In this document: positions 24,600 through 36,736 of the stretch, in pieces
Layout: each line of letters starts with the position of its first letter
Numbering within the stretch: position 1 is the first letter of the stretch
Assembly: GCA_038087875.1 (NCBI GenBank)
Contig: JAXLNO010000110.1
Coordinates: 124,001 to 188,000 of the forward strand
Direction of reading: 5' to 3'
DNA: 64,000 nucleotides
Source of the DNA: Malacoraja senta
Lineage: Eukaryota
Notes under the pieces: generated by a model
What the model was told of the DNA's origin: nothing
The model's input: only the letters and a program-made list of their open reading frames with translations
Database searches by the model: none
Translations under genes and position numbers: made by a program

Positions 24600-26840
24600 T
24601 CAACAAGTTCCGGGTCCACCATGACGTAGAGCTTTTCTTCTGGGCCTTTTTCTATGGGAAGGGGTCCTCGCCATCCAGTGATGACTCCTTCTCCCGTCTC
24701 AACCGGACCCCCTCCTCTTGGACTCCCCAGAACGGCCTTCTACCCTCTCTAGACCTTTTTATTTCTAACTGCCAGCGTGATATCAACCTTCTGAACTTTT
24801 CCGCTCCATTTACCTACTCGAACCTCACCCCCTCTGAACGTACAGCCCTCCGCTCACTCTGCAGCAACCCTGACATTATAATCAAACTCGCCGACAAGGG
24901 AGGTGCCGTGGTAGTCTGGCGCGCTGACCTCTACTGGGCTGAGGCCAGGCGACAACTCTCAGACACCTCCTCCTACTTATCCTTGGACCATGATCCCACA
25001 GACGAGCACCGGGCCTGAATCTCACATGCCATTTCTGATTTCATCACTTCTGGCTGTCTGCCTTCCACAACCTCCAACCTCATCGTTTCCCAGGCCCCCC
25101 ACAGTCCGGTTTTACCTTCTCCCCAAAATTCACAAACACAACTCCTGGCAGAAGCATTGTTTCTGCCTGCTTCTGTCCCACGGAAATGATTTCCACGTAT
25201 CTCGACTCCATCCTATCTCCCCCTGGTCCAATCTCTCCCGACCTATGTCCAAGATACCTCACATGCCCTTCGTCTCTTTAATGACTTCCGCTTTCCGACC
25301 CCCCACTCCCTCATCTTTACAATGGACATTCAGTCACTCTACACCTCCACCCCCCACCAGGAAGGCCTTAAAGCCCTCCGTTTCTTCCTCAACCGCAGAA
25401 CCATCCAATTTCCCTCTACTAACACTCTACTCCACCTAGCGGAGCTGGTCCTCACCCTCAACAACTTCTCCTTTGACTCCTCCCACTTCATCCAAGTTCA
25501 AGGCGTAGCTATGGGCATGCGCATGGGCCCCAGCTATGCCTGCCTCTTTGCAGGGTACGTCGAACAATCCCTGTTCCAGGCATACACTGGCCCGATCCCC
25601 GAACTCTATCTCCGTTACATAGATGACTGCATTGGTGCTACCTCCTGCACCCATGCAGAACTCATGGACTTCATCAACTTCACCACCAATTTTCATCCTA
25701 CACTCAAATTTACGTGGACCATCTCGGACACCTCCCTCCCCTTTCTTGATCTCACCGTCTCCATCACAGGAAATAGACTATTGATTAACATCTATTACAA
25801 ACCCACTGACTCCCACAGCTGTCTAGACTACACTTCTTCCCACCCGGCTTCCTGCAAAGACTCTATCCACTACTCCGTCTACACCGCATCTGCGCCCAAG
25901 ATAAGGTGTTCCACACTAGAACATCCAAGATGTCCTCATTCTTTAGGGAGCGGAGGTTCCCCTCTCCTATCATAGATGAGGCCCTCACTCATGTCTCGTG
26001 GATACCGCGCAGCTCCGCCCTTGTTCCCCCTTCCCCTAGTCACAGCAGAGACAGAGTCCCCAGAGTCCTTACCTTCCACGCCATCAGTCGTCGCATACAA
26101 CACATAATCCTCCAAAATGATCGCCACCTCCAACGGATTCCCATCACTAGCCACATTTTCCCATCTCCACCCCTTTCCGCCTTCCGCAGAGACCGTTTAC
26201 TCCACCACTCCCTGGTTAACTCATCCCTTCCCACCTAAACCACCCCCTCCCCAGGTACCTTCCCCTGCAACCGCAGAAGATGCAACACCTGTCCCTATAC
26301 CTCCTCCCCGACAGTCCTTTCAGGTAAGGCAGAGGTTCACATGCACCTCCTCCAACCTCATCTACTGTATCCGTGTAGACTCTTATACATTGGCGAGACC
26401 AAAAGCAGTCTGGGCAATCGTTTCGCTGAACACCTTCGCTCAGCCCGCCTGAACCTACCTGATCTCCCAGTTGCCAAACACTTTAATTCCCCTTCCCAAT
26501 GCCACGCTGACATTTCTGTCCGAGGTCTCCTCCATTGTCAGAGTGAGGCTAAACGCAAATTGGAGGAACAGCTTCTCATATTTTGCTTGGGCAGCTTAGA
26601 GCCCAGTGGTATGAATATTGATTTCTCTAACTTCAGGCAGCCCTGCCATCCCCTCTCTCTCTATCCCTCCCGCACCCAAGTCGCACCAGCTTCTCATTTT
26701 CACTCTACAAACAGCCTTTTTCCTTTATCATCGTTACTTTTTTGCATATCTTTCATTCATTGTTCATTATCTCTCCACATCACCGTCTATATCTCTTGTT
26801 TCCCTTATCCCTAACCAGTCTGAAGAAGGACCCGAAACTC
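24600..26840 (+). mobile_element. Penelope-like retroelement (RT and GIY-YIG endonuclease), frameshifted
   Basis: ADKGGAVVVW, FYLLPKIHK, DIQSLYT, GVAMG..MGPSYA, RYIDD, FLDL, YYKPTD and LYIGETK..LGNRFAEHL motifs; 3' CTGAAGAAGG-CCCGAAAC. Confidence 0.92.
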
Positions 26841-27854
26841 TGAGGGTGGGCAGGCCTGTCCTGCTGAGTTACTCCAGCTTTTTGTGTCTCTCCCCCATGC
26901 TCCTTCTGCTCCCTCCCTCCCCCCCACTCTCTCCCCTGCTCTCTCTTCCCCGCTCTTTCTACCCCCCGCCTTCTCTATCCCACCCCCCCGCGCTCTCTCT
27001 CATCCCCCACACTTTCCTCCCTACCACCCCCCCAAGCTCTCTCTATTCTCCCCTTCCACCACCAACCCCCCCCCCCCCCCCGCTCTCTCTCTCTTCCCTG
27101 CACTCATCCCCTACACAAGGGCCCGGTGTGGGGGAACCGCTGTGAAGGAGGGGGAGAGGGGGGAACAAGGGTGAACCCGGCGCGGGATACATTGTCACTT
27201 TGTCGCTGCCTTTGTCTGGTGAGTATAGGGCGACTCTTTGCAAACCTTGGGCCTGCAAGCAAAGAACATCACTGTGACTTCTCACTTGTGACTATAAGGT
27301 ATTCCATTCAATTCAAACCCACATTCTTACGCTCCCCCCCCACTACGTCCACCCTGCCCCCTCGCCATCCACCCCCCCTCGTCATCCACCACCACCCCCT
27401 CGTCATCCACATTCCCCCCACCCACCCCCCGCAGAAAAACGACAGTCAGCATTTGTCCGGCTAAGTTCTCAAAGTTTTATTTAATGACGGTGAGCGGAGG
27501 AGAGAGTGTGGAGGGGAGGAGAAGGAGAGAGGGGATAGATGGTGGGGGGGGGGGTGAGAGAGGGAGAGAGGGAAGTGAGGCAGGGGATGGAGGGGAGGGA
27601 GAGGGGAGAGGGAGGGAGAGTGGAGGGGAGGGAGAGGGGGAAGGGAAGAGAAACGGGAAGGAGGAGGGGAGGGAGAGAGGATGGATGGGGGAGGGAGGAG
27701 AAGGGCGAGGGAGAATTAAAGAGGGGCTGGAGGGAGGGAGAGAGGATGGGGGGGAGGAGGTGGATGAGGGCGGGCAGAGCAGTGGAGGGGGTGGGTGAGG
27801 GAGTGTGTTCCTGCCGGTATGAGCTGAGCTGATGACTCAATGGGCTTGTTGTCA

Positions 27855-28012
27855 TCAACAGGGTAATTTGCACTGTCTTTTGGATGTTTGGCATTCTTGG
27901 GATTCGTTGCCAGCGGCCAAGGCGAAGAGAATACTCACATACTCCGAAAAGTCGATGTCATTATTGGCGTCATTTTCATGATACTTTCCGCCAGATTGTC
28001 AAATATATCCGG
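27855..28012 (-). pseudogene. S100-family last exon (canonical EF-hand), frameshifted as assembled
   Basis: Acceptor tctctgcttccgCAG| then PDIFDNLAESIMK. The EF-hand DANNDIDFSEYVSILFALAAGNESQECQTSKRQCKLPC* lies in another frame. AATAAA at 27481-27476. Confidence 0.7.
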
Positions 28013-29409
28013 CTGCGGAAGCAGAGAGAAAGACAATCAGAAACAGTTAGACAGGTACGTGGATAGGACAGCTGGGACCTTGTTGGCCGGTGTGGGCAAG
28101 TTGGGCCGAAGGGCCTGATTCCCCACTGTATCACTCAATGACTTAATTCCCCTGTTTTTAGACCTGCACTCTCGCCCCCTCCTCCCTTCCTCCTTATCCA
28201 CACCCCTCCGCTCCTGTCTCTCTTCCCTCCTTTCTGGATGTTCTTTCAGGAAGGAGATGAGGAGGGATTTCTTCATTGAAATGTAGCGAACAGTGAAAGG
28301 CCTGGACAGAGTGGATGTGGAGAGGATGTTCCCACTAGAGGGAGAGTCTAGGACCAGAGGCCACAGCCTCAGAATTAAAGGACATTCCTTTAGAACGGAG
28401 GTGAGAAGGAATTTCTTTAGAGGGTGGTGAATCTGTGGAATTCTTTGAAGGCTGTGGAGGCCAAGTCAGTGGATATTTTTAAGGCAGAGATAGATAGATT
28501 CTTGATTAGTACGGGTGTCAGGAGCTATGGGGAGAAGGCAGGAGAATGGGGTTTGGAGATAGATCAGCCATGATTGGATGGCGGAGTAGACTTGATGGGC
28601 CAAATGGCCTAATTGTACTCCTATCCCCTATGACCTCCCCTTTCCCGTCATCCACCTCCCTCTCTCCCTCCACTGCCGTCTCTGTCTACCTCCCCCCGCC
28701 CCTTCTCCATTTCCCTTTAAAGCTGAAATAACTCATCTCTGGAGAACAGGGATAGGTCACATTTTGAGTCGGAACCCTTCTTCAACCCAAAACATCACTG
28801 ATCCCTTCTCTCCAGAGACACTGCCTGACCCACTGAGTTACTCCAGCTTTTTGTGTCTATCTTTGGTTTAAACCAGCATCTGCGGTTCCTCCCTACGCAT
28901 TTCCTGTCTTTAGTTTACTTTCGAGATACTGTGCTGAAACAGGCCCTTCGGCCCACCGAGTCCGCGCCGACCAGCGATCCCCGCACACTAGCACCACCCT
29001 ATACACACTAGGGACGATTTACAATTTTACCCAGGCCAATTAACCTACATACCTGCACTTCTTTTGAGTGTGGGAGGAAACCGGAGCACCCGGAGAAAAC
29101 CCACACTGGTCACGGGGAGAACGTGCAAACTCCATACAGATAGCACAAGTGGTCAGGATCGAACCCGAGTCTCTGGCGCTGCGAGGCAGCAACTCTACCG
29201 CTGCGCCACCGTCCCTGCTCGCATTCCATTCGGCCCATTGCACCCATGCCAGCTGACAGAGTAACCCTCCCTCCCCCACAAGGATGCGATATAACCCCCT
29301 TGCCCCATCGCTCTGCCCAGCTCTGGGTGTGTTCCACAGTTCCAGCAACCCACACGGACGTGTACCCAGCCTGTCCCGCCCCGCCCCGCATGTGTCTTTG
29401 TGACCGTGA

Positions 29410-30745
29410 GCCAGTGTGTCTGCATGTATATCTGCATGTGAGGGTCTGTATCTGTGAGTGTGTGTATCTGCGAGTGTGTGTATCTGTGAGTGTGTATCTG
29501 AGTGTGTGTATCTGTGAGTGTGTGTAAATGTGTGAGTGTGTGTATCTGTGAGTGTGTGTGTGAGAGCGTGTGTGTATCTGAGTGTGTGTGAGAGTGTGAG
29601 TATGTTTACGTGTGTGTATCTGTGAGAGTGCGTGTGTATCTGTGTGAGAGCGTTTCTGACTGCGAGTGTGTGTGTGTGTGTGTGTGTGTGTGTATCTGTG
29701 AGAGTGTGTGATAGTGTGTGTGTATATGTTTGCGTGTGTGTATCTGTGTGTGTATGTTTGCATGTGTGTGTGTGAGTGTGTGTGTGAGAGTGTGTGTGTG
29801 TGCGTGAGTATGTTTGCGTGTGTGTATCTGAGTGTGAGAGTGTGTGTATGTTTGCGTTTATCTGAGTGTGCGTGCGTCTGAGTGTGGTTGTGTGTCTATC
29901 TGTACGAGTGTATCTGTGTGGTGTGTGTGCGTGCTTGTGTCTGAATGTGTGTGTATGTTTGCGTGTGTGTATCTGTGTGTGTGTGTGTGTGAGTGTGTGT
30001 ATCTGTGTGTGTGAGAGTGCGTGTGTGTATGTTTGCGTTTGTGTATCTGTGTGTGTGTGTGTGTGTGCATCTGTGTGTGTGTGAGAGTGCGTGTGTATGT
30101 TTGCGTGTATGTATCTGTGTGTAAGTGTGTATCTGTGTGTGTGTGTATGTTTGCGTGTGTGAATCTGTGTGTGAGAATGTGTGTGTATGTTTGCGTGTGT
30201 GTATCTGTGTGTGAGTGTGTATTTGTGTGTGTGTGAGAGTGCGTGTGTGTATCTGTGTGTGTGTGTGTGTGTGCACATCTGTGTGTGTGTGAGAGTGCGT
30301 GTGTGTATGTTTGCGTGTATGTATCTGTGTGTGAGTGTGTGTGTGTGTGTTTGCATGTGTGAATCTGTGAGAGTGTGTGTATGTTTGCGTGTGTGTATCT
30401 GTGTGTGAGTGTGTGTATCTGTGTGTGTGAGAGTGCGTGTGTCTATCTTTGCGTGTCTGTATCTGTGTGTGAGTGTGTATCTGTGTGTGTGAGAGCGTGT
30501 GTGTATGTTTGTGTGAATCTGTGTGTATGTTTGCATGAGTGTATCTGTGTGTGTGTGAGTGTGTATCTGTGTGTGTGAGAGAGTGTGTATGTTTACGTGT
30601 GTGTATCTGTGTGTGAGAGTGCGTGTATCTGAGTGTGAGAGTGTGTGTATGTTTACGTGTGTGTATCTGTGTGTGTGAGTGCGTGTATCTGAGTGTGTGT
30701 ATGTTTGCGTGTGTGAGAGTGTGAGTGTGTGTGTGTGAGAGTGAG
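29410..30745. repeat. Compound (TG)n satellite in the S100 intron
   Basis: About 1.3 kb of TG repeats punctuated by gtatct, atgtttgc and gaga. Confidence 0.95.
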
Positions 30746-30774
30746 GGTGCAGGCTGGGTGGTGACGGTACTCAC

Positions 30775-30912
30775 AGAGAACATTTTCATCTCCCTGCGGA
30801 ACAGTTCTTTAAGCTCTTCTTTCTCCAGTGTGTTTGGATTTCCTCCCTTCTCGGCGTATTGCTTGAAGATGTCCATGATGTCCTTTACCGCGCTCTCCAG
30901 TGTAGTTGCCAT
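30775..30912 (-). CDS. S100-family calcium-binding protein, first coding exon (S100 pseudo-EF-hand)
   Basis: MATTLESAVKDIMDIFKQYAEKGGNPNTLEKEELKELFRREMKMFS. 138 coding nt, phase 0, typical of S100 exon 2. Acceptor ttcttcag ends at 30920; GTGAGT donor at 30774. Confidence 0.9.
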
Positions 30913-32229
30913 GACTGTGCTGAAGAACAAGAGAGGGCAAGAGTTTTGTCTACTTTATTTTAGTTGAGTTTAGTTCATCATCACGCTTTTTTCTTGCCTG
31001 CTTTCCTGTCAGCATAAAGACTACAAATGATTACAAGGGCAGCACGGTGGCGCAGCGGTAGAGTTGCTGCCTCACTGCGCCAGAGACCTGGGTTCCATCC
31101 CGACTACGGATACTGCCTGTACGGAGTTTGTACGGGCAGGCTTGTCACACACCGTGCCGCTCTCTGCCTATCTGTGTGGAGTTTGCAGGTGCTGGGGATG
31201 AAGGATTAAACCCCCCCCCCCCCGCACCAACTTTCATAGAAACCTAGAAACATAGAAAATAGGTGCAGGAGGAGGCCATTCGGCCCTTCGAGCCAGCACC
31301 GCCATTCATTGTGATAATGGCTGATCGTCCCCTATCAATAACCCGTGCCTGCCTTCTCCCCATATCCCTTGACTCCACTAGCCCCTAGAGCTCTATCTAA
31401 CTCTCTCTTAAATCCATCCAGAGACTTGGCCTCCACTGCCCTCTGTGGCAGGGAATTCCATAAATTCACAACTCTCTGGGTGAAAACGTTTTTTCTCATC
31501 TCAGTCTTAAATGACCTCCCCTTTATTCTAAGATTGTGGCCCCTGGTTCTGGACTTGCCCCACATTGGGAACATTTTTCCTGCATCTAGCTTATCCTGCC
31601 ACTCTGAAAAAGGACCCGTTCACTCCTACTCTTTGCCAACCAATTTTCTTCTTTTTTTTCACTTAAATTTTTATTGATTTTTCAGAGATATATACAAAAC
31701 AGTGCAACACCATCACCATAAATAAAACAAAATAAGAAAAACAGCAATCAAAATAAAATAATAAGTAGATAGGGGGAAAAAATGAAGTAAATAAATACAA
31801 AATTGGAATAAGACCGTGTGGTTCACTTACCAAATTAAAAATGAAAAAACATTACATTGATTAGTTATCTGGAGATAATTCAATATTCATACAAACATAC
31901 CATCTAGTTCTATATAACACAATCTTCCCATATCTAGCTCGGCATTTACCTAATTGGTGTCATGGCTCAAATAAACGGTCCATTTTTCCCAGATCTTCTC
32001 AAATGAATTTGACTTCGGAGTCACATGAGTGACTATGTGAAGAGCCCGCCAGCCCGCATGCGCGTCATATCGTCTATCGCATTGCGCAACGACTGGCTGG
32101 AGGCGCGCTGATCCACCAGCGGTAAGTTTCAAACCCGAAGGTAAGTTTTCAACTTATTTCCAGGTCTGTTTTTACTTGCAGGAAAGCTCTTTACAGAGTT
32201 TCCTGCTGGACCCGGTCGCACTACCGGGT

Positions 32230-32785
32230 ACCGGTTATGACCGTGGAGAATCCCGGTCACGGACCGCAGGGAGAACCGGCTACGGACCACGGGGAATCCC
32301 GGTCATGGACCGCGGGTAGAACTGAATACGGACCGCGGGGAATCCCGGTCATTGTCTGCGGGTAGAACTGAATACGGACCGCGGGGACAACCGAATACGG
32401 ACCGCGGGTAATCTCGGTCATGGACCGCGGGTAGAAGGAACGTACCGCAGGGAAGACCGGCTACGGACCGCGGGGAACCAGCTACGGAGACCGCGGAAGT
32501 GCGAGTAGTCGTCGGCCGTCGGGTTCGCTACCCGAGTCACTGACAGTGCGGTCAGCGACTTCCGGGTGCCTCTTGAATCCGCGGTGGTTCCCCAGGAAGG
32601 GGGTAAAACCAAAAGTAAGATGGATAGGAACCGCAGTGGTTCCCCAGAAAGGGGGTAAAGCCAAGAGTAAGACGGATAGAACCGCGGTGGTTCCCCAGAA
32701 AGGGGGTAAAGCCAAGGGTAAGACGGATAGGAACCGCGGTGGTTCCTCAGAAAGGGGGTAAAACCAAGGGTAAGACGGATAGGCC
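32230..32785. repeat. Minisatellites in the DIRS A 5'/gag region (about 21-22-bp and about 52-bp units)
   Basis: GGACCGCGGG-anchored units at 32230-32490; GGATAGGAACCGCGGTGGTTCCCCAGAAAGGGGGTAAA units at 32580-32785. Confidence 0.85.
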
Positions 32786-33214
32786 TGTCGAGATGGGTAC
32801 GTCCGCGGACGTTTAACTCAGATAGAGCATGGATAGCGTCCTCGGGCGTTTATCCCACAAATGTGATGCTCCATCCTGATATGGTCCATGGAACGGGGCC
32901 ATTTCAGCACAGGTCTCCTCGGGGCCTGCGGCAGCACCTCTTTCAAGGCTGCTTACAGATCTCCCTCTCTGTGGAGGGGAGTGCGAGGGGTCAGTGCGTA
33001 ACTGACTCCAAACTAGGAAGGATGTCCGTGGAATATAATATTGTTCCTGAAAATACAGGCAGTGAACAGTGCTATCTGGGGTGACATTGGAGGGAGCATG
33101 AAAATCCAGGAGATAAAACTCCAACAAATGTTAAAAATTATTGGCCTGGTGTTGATGTACAATGCATACTTCATAAGGAACTGGAACGCCATCAGACCTT
33201 CCTTACAACCAAAT

Positions 33215-33698
33215 TTGCAAATAAGTTACAGAGAAAGGTTGAACAAGTTAGGTCTTTATTCTTTGGAGCGCAGAAGGTTAAGAGGGGACTTGATAGAGGT
33301 CTTTAAAATTATGAGCGGGTTAGACAGAGTGGACGTGGATAAGCTTTTCCCATTGAGAGTAGGGAAGATTCAAACAAGGGGACATGACTTGAGAATTAAG
33401 GGACAGAAGTTTAGGGGGAACATTAGGGGGAACTTCTTTACTCAGAGAGTGGTAGCTGTGTGGAATGAGCTTCCAGTGGAAGTGGTGGAGGCAGGTTCGA
33501 TGTTATCCTTTAAAAATAGATTGGATGGGTATATGGACGGGAAAGGAATGGAGGGTTATGGTCTGAGTGCAGGTAGATGGGACTAGGGGGAAGTATTTTA
33601 TTTTTAATTAAAAAAAAAAATTTAAATGTTCGGCACGGACTTGAAGGGCCGAGATGGCCTGTTTCCGTGCTGTTATGGTTATATGGTTATATGGTTAT
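33215..33698 (+). mobile_element. CR1 3' fragment inserted in DIRS A
   Basis: SYRERLNKLGLYSLERRRLRGDLIEVFK...FFTQRVVAVWNELP; (ATGGTTAT)n tail. Confidence 0.88.
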
Positions 33699-36600
33699 AT
33701 CGGCAGTAAGCGGTTCACTGAAGCTGGGCAAAGGTCTTCCAGGCCAAGGCCCACGCCTTTACAGAGGTCGCGGGTAGAACTGGGCTTCCAGGTCAAGGCC
33801 CTCAGTAAATATATGGAATCCACACACCCTAGCAGTCCTTCTCTCCAAACTAAGGACGGAAATAGAACCCGCATCAGGGGCCTTTGGGCTTACCATAAGA
33901 CCACTGGTAACCATGGAGGTAGGTGGGTCTGGTTCTTTCCAAAACATGGGGTAGGTGGACCATTTCCAAGTTGGTAATATTTACACTTGCTTTTGTACAA
34001 ATAACAATAATAACATGAAATTAGTTTATACTGCACAGTATACAAGGTTCCAAGCAGGCTTCGGGGCCAGGATTGCCTTTCGAGACAGGCTCGGAAATAT
34101 GGCTAGAGTTGTTTTTCGAGACAAGCTCGGAATTATAGCAGGCGTGGCCTGATCATTGTGAAAGTTGGTGGAGGTCGGTTCATCCTTGATTTACCTCGCC
34201 TGTGCAGTATAGACATTTCAGCATAGGACATTTTGTTACTGTCTAACAACTGATTTCCATAGGATCTTTATGGCATTCAGTTCCCATTCACAGGGATCAC
34301 CGGAGATATTTGAAATTTAACTGGATGGGGCAATAATAACAGTTAAAGCGTTGCAAAATGGGCTAACTTCAGCTCCCAGGTTATTTACCAAATTACTAAA
34401 AACCAGGGCTTGGGCTGCTCAGAGCCCAAAATCACTTGTTATGGCCTAACTGGACGATATTCTAAAACAATGTATTTGCTAAAATTAACTGTTTCAGCCG
34501 CAAGCTATATTTGAGATTCTCATCCATCCGGTTAAATTTAAGTTGATACCAACTAGAGGTATTGATTATTGGGATTTACCTTTAACTCTATTAATTTGTC
34601 TGTGACTCCGCCCTGAGGCAAGAGATTAGAATTAGTAGAAGCGCATCAAGTGACCAGTGTAATTGGCTGTGCTTTTCAGCAACGCAATTTGGGCCTTGCA
34701 TTATCAGAACTTACAAACGTGCAAAGGACCAAGCTCTTTAGTACCATTTATATCTTTGTTAACAGACCTGTGCTAGTACCAGCTGAAGCTATCAAAGTCA
34801 CAATGGTGGACGAACAGTATTCAGCATTGCTAATAACTTTTGGTCAGTAAATCTTCAGTTATATTACAACCTGATGCTAATGCTCAAAGATGGAAAATTA
34901 CTAATACCATCTCTAGTTCGGAGGCAGATGCGATTTGCATCAGGTACCAATTCTTCAGTTATATGGTATCAACTACCTGTAGACACTGGGTGCATTCTAT
35001 GGGTTATAGGTTATTGTGCAAATATGCATAATCTGCATGCTCAACTCCAAGTTGATACACTTTGGTGGTGGCATATATTAATCACATGGGTGCAATCAAC
35101 TCAGTATCCTGTGATAGTTACATAACCTCATTTGGCGCTGGTGTATCATCACGTAAAATCAATGATAATACAGAATGTATGTTGGATCATAAAGTATTTA
35201 ATGACATTGTCCGAAAATCGAGATGTTTGCAACCATGCTCAATCACCAGTTGCAAAGAATATGTGGCATGGCAGTGGCAATGGATGCATTCTCGCTACAC
35301 TGGGGAGGAATGTCCTTTTATGTCTTTCCTCCATTTTGCCTCATCAGTCGGGTCTTGCAAAAATTCAGCAAGTTCCCGCTTCAGGCATTTTTCGTAGTGC
35401 CTGACTGGCCTATACAGCCATGGTTCCCGCTGATGTTGGGAATGATAATAAAACCCTATATGGTTATTTCTAGACACAAAAATTGCTGGTTTAGCCATGA
35501 CTCGGGAAACCATTCTCTGCATGATAAAATCAATTCATTGACTTGCAGACTTTGAGAAGACCGTTCCTGCGGTTCGGGTTGTCAGACCGAACCATGGACG
35601 TGCTCACTGCAGATTGCAGGGATAGCACCAAAAAAGCAGTACATTTCCTCATAAGGAGATGGGAAGTATTTTGTTTAAATGCTAATATTACATATAATTC
35701 GGCACGGATGACTGACGTTTTGAAGTTCAGTTTAATATGGGTCTTTGACAATCATTAAGTTATAGTGCCATTAACTGTGCCAACTGTGCCTTCTCATCAT
35801 ATTGGCTGCGGGGAGCAGAATCCACTCTGTCGGGTCTCACCCTCTGATATCTAGAGTATGAAGAGTATCTTCAACTCTAAACCTCCCAGGCCCAGGTACG
35901 CAGAGATATGGGATGTTAACATTGTCCTAACACCGCTTCGCCGTTGGGCTCCAGCTACATCCCTGTCCTTGGTCAAACTCACTTACAAAGTGGTTATGCT
36001 CATGGCGCTGAGTTCAGCGTAACGGGTCCAGTCATTGCATAAGCTGTGACTGGACAGGATGATTACATCTGCAGGCAAAATAACATTTTATGTTTATGGC
36101 TTAGTCAAGCAGAGTAGACCAGGGGCATCAGGTCTCAAACTAGATTTGTTGGCATATCCCATGGACCTTCGGTTGTGTGTGGTCACACATCTACACCAGT
36201 ATGTTAAGGTCACTAAGAGCCTTAGAGACTCTGAACTAGCAATGTTTGTTAGTTACATAAAGCCTCATAAGAAGGTATCAGTACGGACCATCTCCAGGTG
36301 GTTATAACGGGTTCTGGCTTATACAAGAGTGAACACTGACATTTTCAAGTCTCACTCCACCAGGGCTGCAACAACATCAGCAGCAGGGTTATGGATGTTT
36401 TCGCTGGACCACATCCTAGCGGCTGCAGGATGGTCAAACGAACGATCTTTCCAAACATTTTAGAACTAACCCATTGCCAGACCGGGGGTATTTGCCAACT
36501 CTATTTTAGGTTCTGTTTTATAGTTTCCTCCCAGTTAAGGTGGGTTACTATTATCATTATTTGTTCATTAAAAAGCATCAACATGTCTATATCTATGTCA

Positions 36601-36736
36601 TGTCTGAATGCATTATTAATGTTCACTCATCCTTGGTCAACTGATGCAGTGTGTGACGCATGGACTCGTTTCCACGGCATGAAATCACAGAGCTTTGAAA
36701 TCTTCACGTAGTCACTCACGTGACTCCGAAGTAAAA

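Noticed and set aside
29040..30774. His/Thr-rich ORFs suggesting an S100 fused-type (filaggrin-like) protein
   Set aside because: Translation of a (CA)n satellite beyond a canonical GTGAGT donor; a separate second EF-hand exon exists at 28012.
32230..32785. CRISPR-like repeat array
   Set aside because: Eukaryotic context; the spacers are themselves repeats; lies inside a DIRS element.
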